The notes under the pieces: generated by a model
What the model was told of the DNA's origin: nothing
The model's input: the letters and a program-made list of their open reading frames with translations, nothing else
The model's database searches: none
Program-made: the position numbers and the translations under genes
IMG/VR virus record: IMGVR_UViG_3300045988_092551
Location: 25,210-89,209 of that record
Strand: one strand, 5' to 3'
Length of the DNA: 64,000 bases
From: a virus
Part shown: piece by piece, positions 63,803 to 64,000 of the stretch
Numbering within the stretch: position 1 is the first letter of the stretch
Layout: each line of letters opens with the position of its first letter

Positions 63803-64000
63803 ATGGCAGAAGATAATAAAAAAGAACTCATCAATGAGTGCCAGGAAAAGTATGCCGAGCTTATAAAGCAGACGGTCATAAAGGCACTCACAGGCGAGAT
63901 TTCTACGAACTCCGCTATGGTAAATGAATTGGAGTCACTTAACTTCCAATACCACGAGGAGATGGACGAGTACGACGATACGGCGCCTGACCTTAACCCG
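63803..64000 (+). CDS. cassette protein, 5' partial at window edge
   Basis: Leader GTTTAACCAATTTAAATAACGAATATG. The frame is open to the window end (MAEDNKKELINECQEKY...). Confidence 0.5.
   Translation, partial: MAEDNKKELINECQEKYAELIKQTVIKALTGEISTNSAMVNELESLNFQYHEEMDEYDDTAPDLNP

Larger units (their letters stand above)
48030..63805 (+). repeat. array of ~30 gene cassettes separated by a conserved tripartite junction
   Basis: The junction is AGCC(A/T)AA(A) overlapping the stop, then a variable 6-10 bp hairpin, then (C)TATTAACCAA, 8-14 A/T-rich nt, and AGAATTATG. It is seen before ATGs 48061, 48293, 48462, 48798, 49053, 49445, 49671, 50015, 50343, 50948, 51187, 51458, 51863, 52315, 52607, 53190, 54061, 54450, 54757, 55076, 55564, 55843, 58442, 58661, 59171, 60439, 60964, 61465, 62115, 62720 and 63803. 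Confidence 0.85.

Noticed and set aside
48030-63805. CRISPR array or integron attC array
   Set aside because: The spacing is gene-sized and irregular, and the repeated parts are short flanks around variable hairpins, so it is not a CRISPR array. Unlike attC sites, the two conserved flanks are direct repeats (A[G/A]CCAAA), not inverted R''/R' cores. The G.U pairs point to function in sense RNA.
1-64000. Genome-wide stop-codon reassignment (TAG or TGA recoding as in some gut phages)
   Set aside because: The structural genes are uninterrupted ORFs of up to 2398 codons under the standard code. TAG, TAA and TGA all terminate cassette genes at the conserved junction. Only two isolated in-frame stops were found.

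Overview
The window looks like most of a temperate, long-tailed (siphovirus-like) phage or prophage of a Bacteroidota host. The host call rests on repeated TAnnTTTG -7 promoter boxes and the near absence of Shine-Dalgarno sites in most modules.

Layout:
- 1-2356 (+): small genes that do carry GGAGG ribosome-binding sites.
- 2473-35357 (-): lysis-like genes, a stop-interrupted GIY-YIG homing endonuclease, membrane proteins and two giant collagen-repeat tail or fibre proteins (1339 and 2398 aa). It continues with a 2101-aa tape measure, a tail chaperone with an A10 -1 frameshift site, tail tube, connectors, an E-like major capsid and a scaffold.
- 35504-41148 (+): TerL, portal, Mu-F-like head protein, PAPS-reductase-like protein.
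- 41340-45883 (-): small genes plus a D5/P4-type primase-helicase.
- 45884-46794: AT-rich divergent control or origin-like region.
- 46795-64000 (+): about 30 short gene cassettes.

Most interesting points:
1. A reverse transcriptase (55843-57108) is fused in one cassette to a ~1.3 kb ORF-free region dense in helices. Two paralogous small proteins flank it. It fits neither DGR, group II intron nor canonical retron architecture.
2. The cassette array uses a repeated tripartite junction: AGCC(A/T)AAA overlapping the stop codon, then a variable hairpin with G.U-tolerant compensatory changes, then TATTAACCAA, 8-14 nt, and AGAATTATG. A tyrosine integrase sits inside the array.
3. Further candidate structured RNAs lie at 47360-48030 and 60215-75.
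4. Antisense copies of the cassette leader motif occur outside the array context.
5. Two genes are interrupted by single in-frame stops.

I found no rRNA, complete tRNA or CRISPR array. All family assignments come from motif recognition by eye, not from searches.
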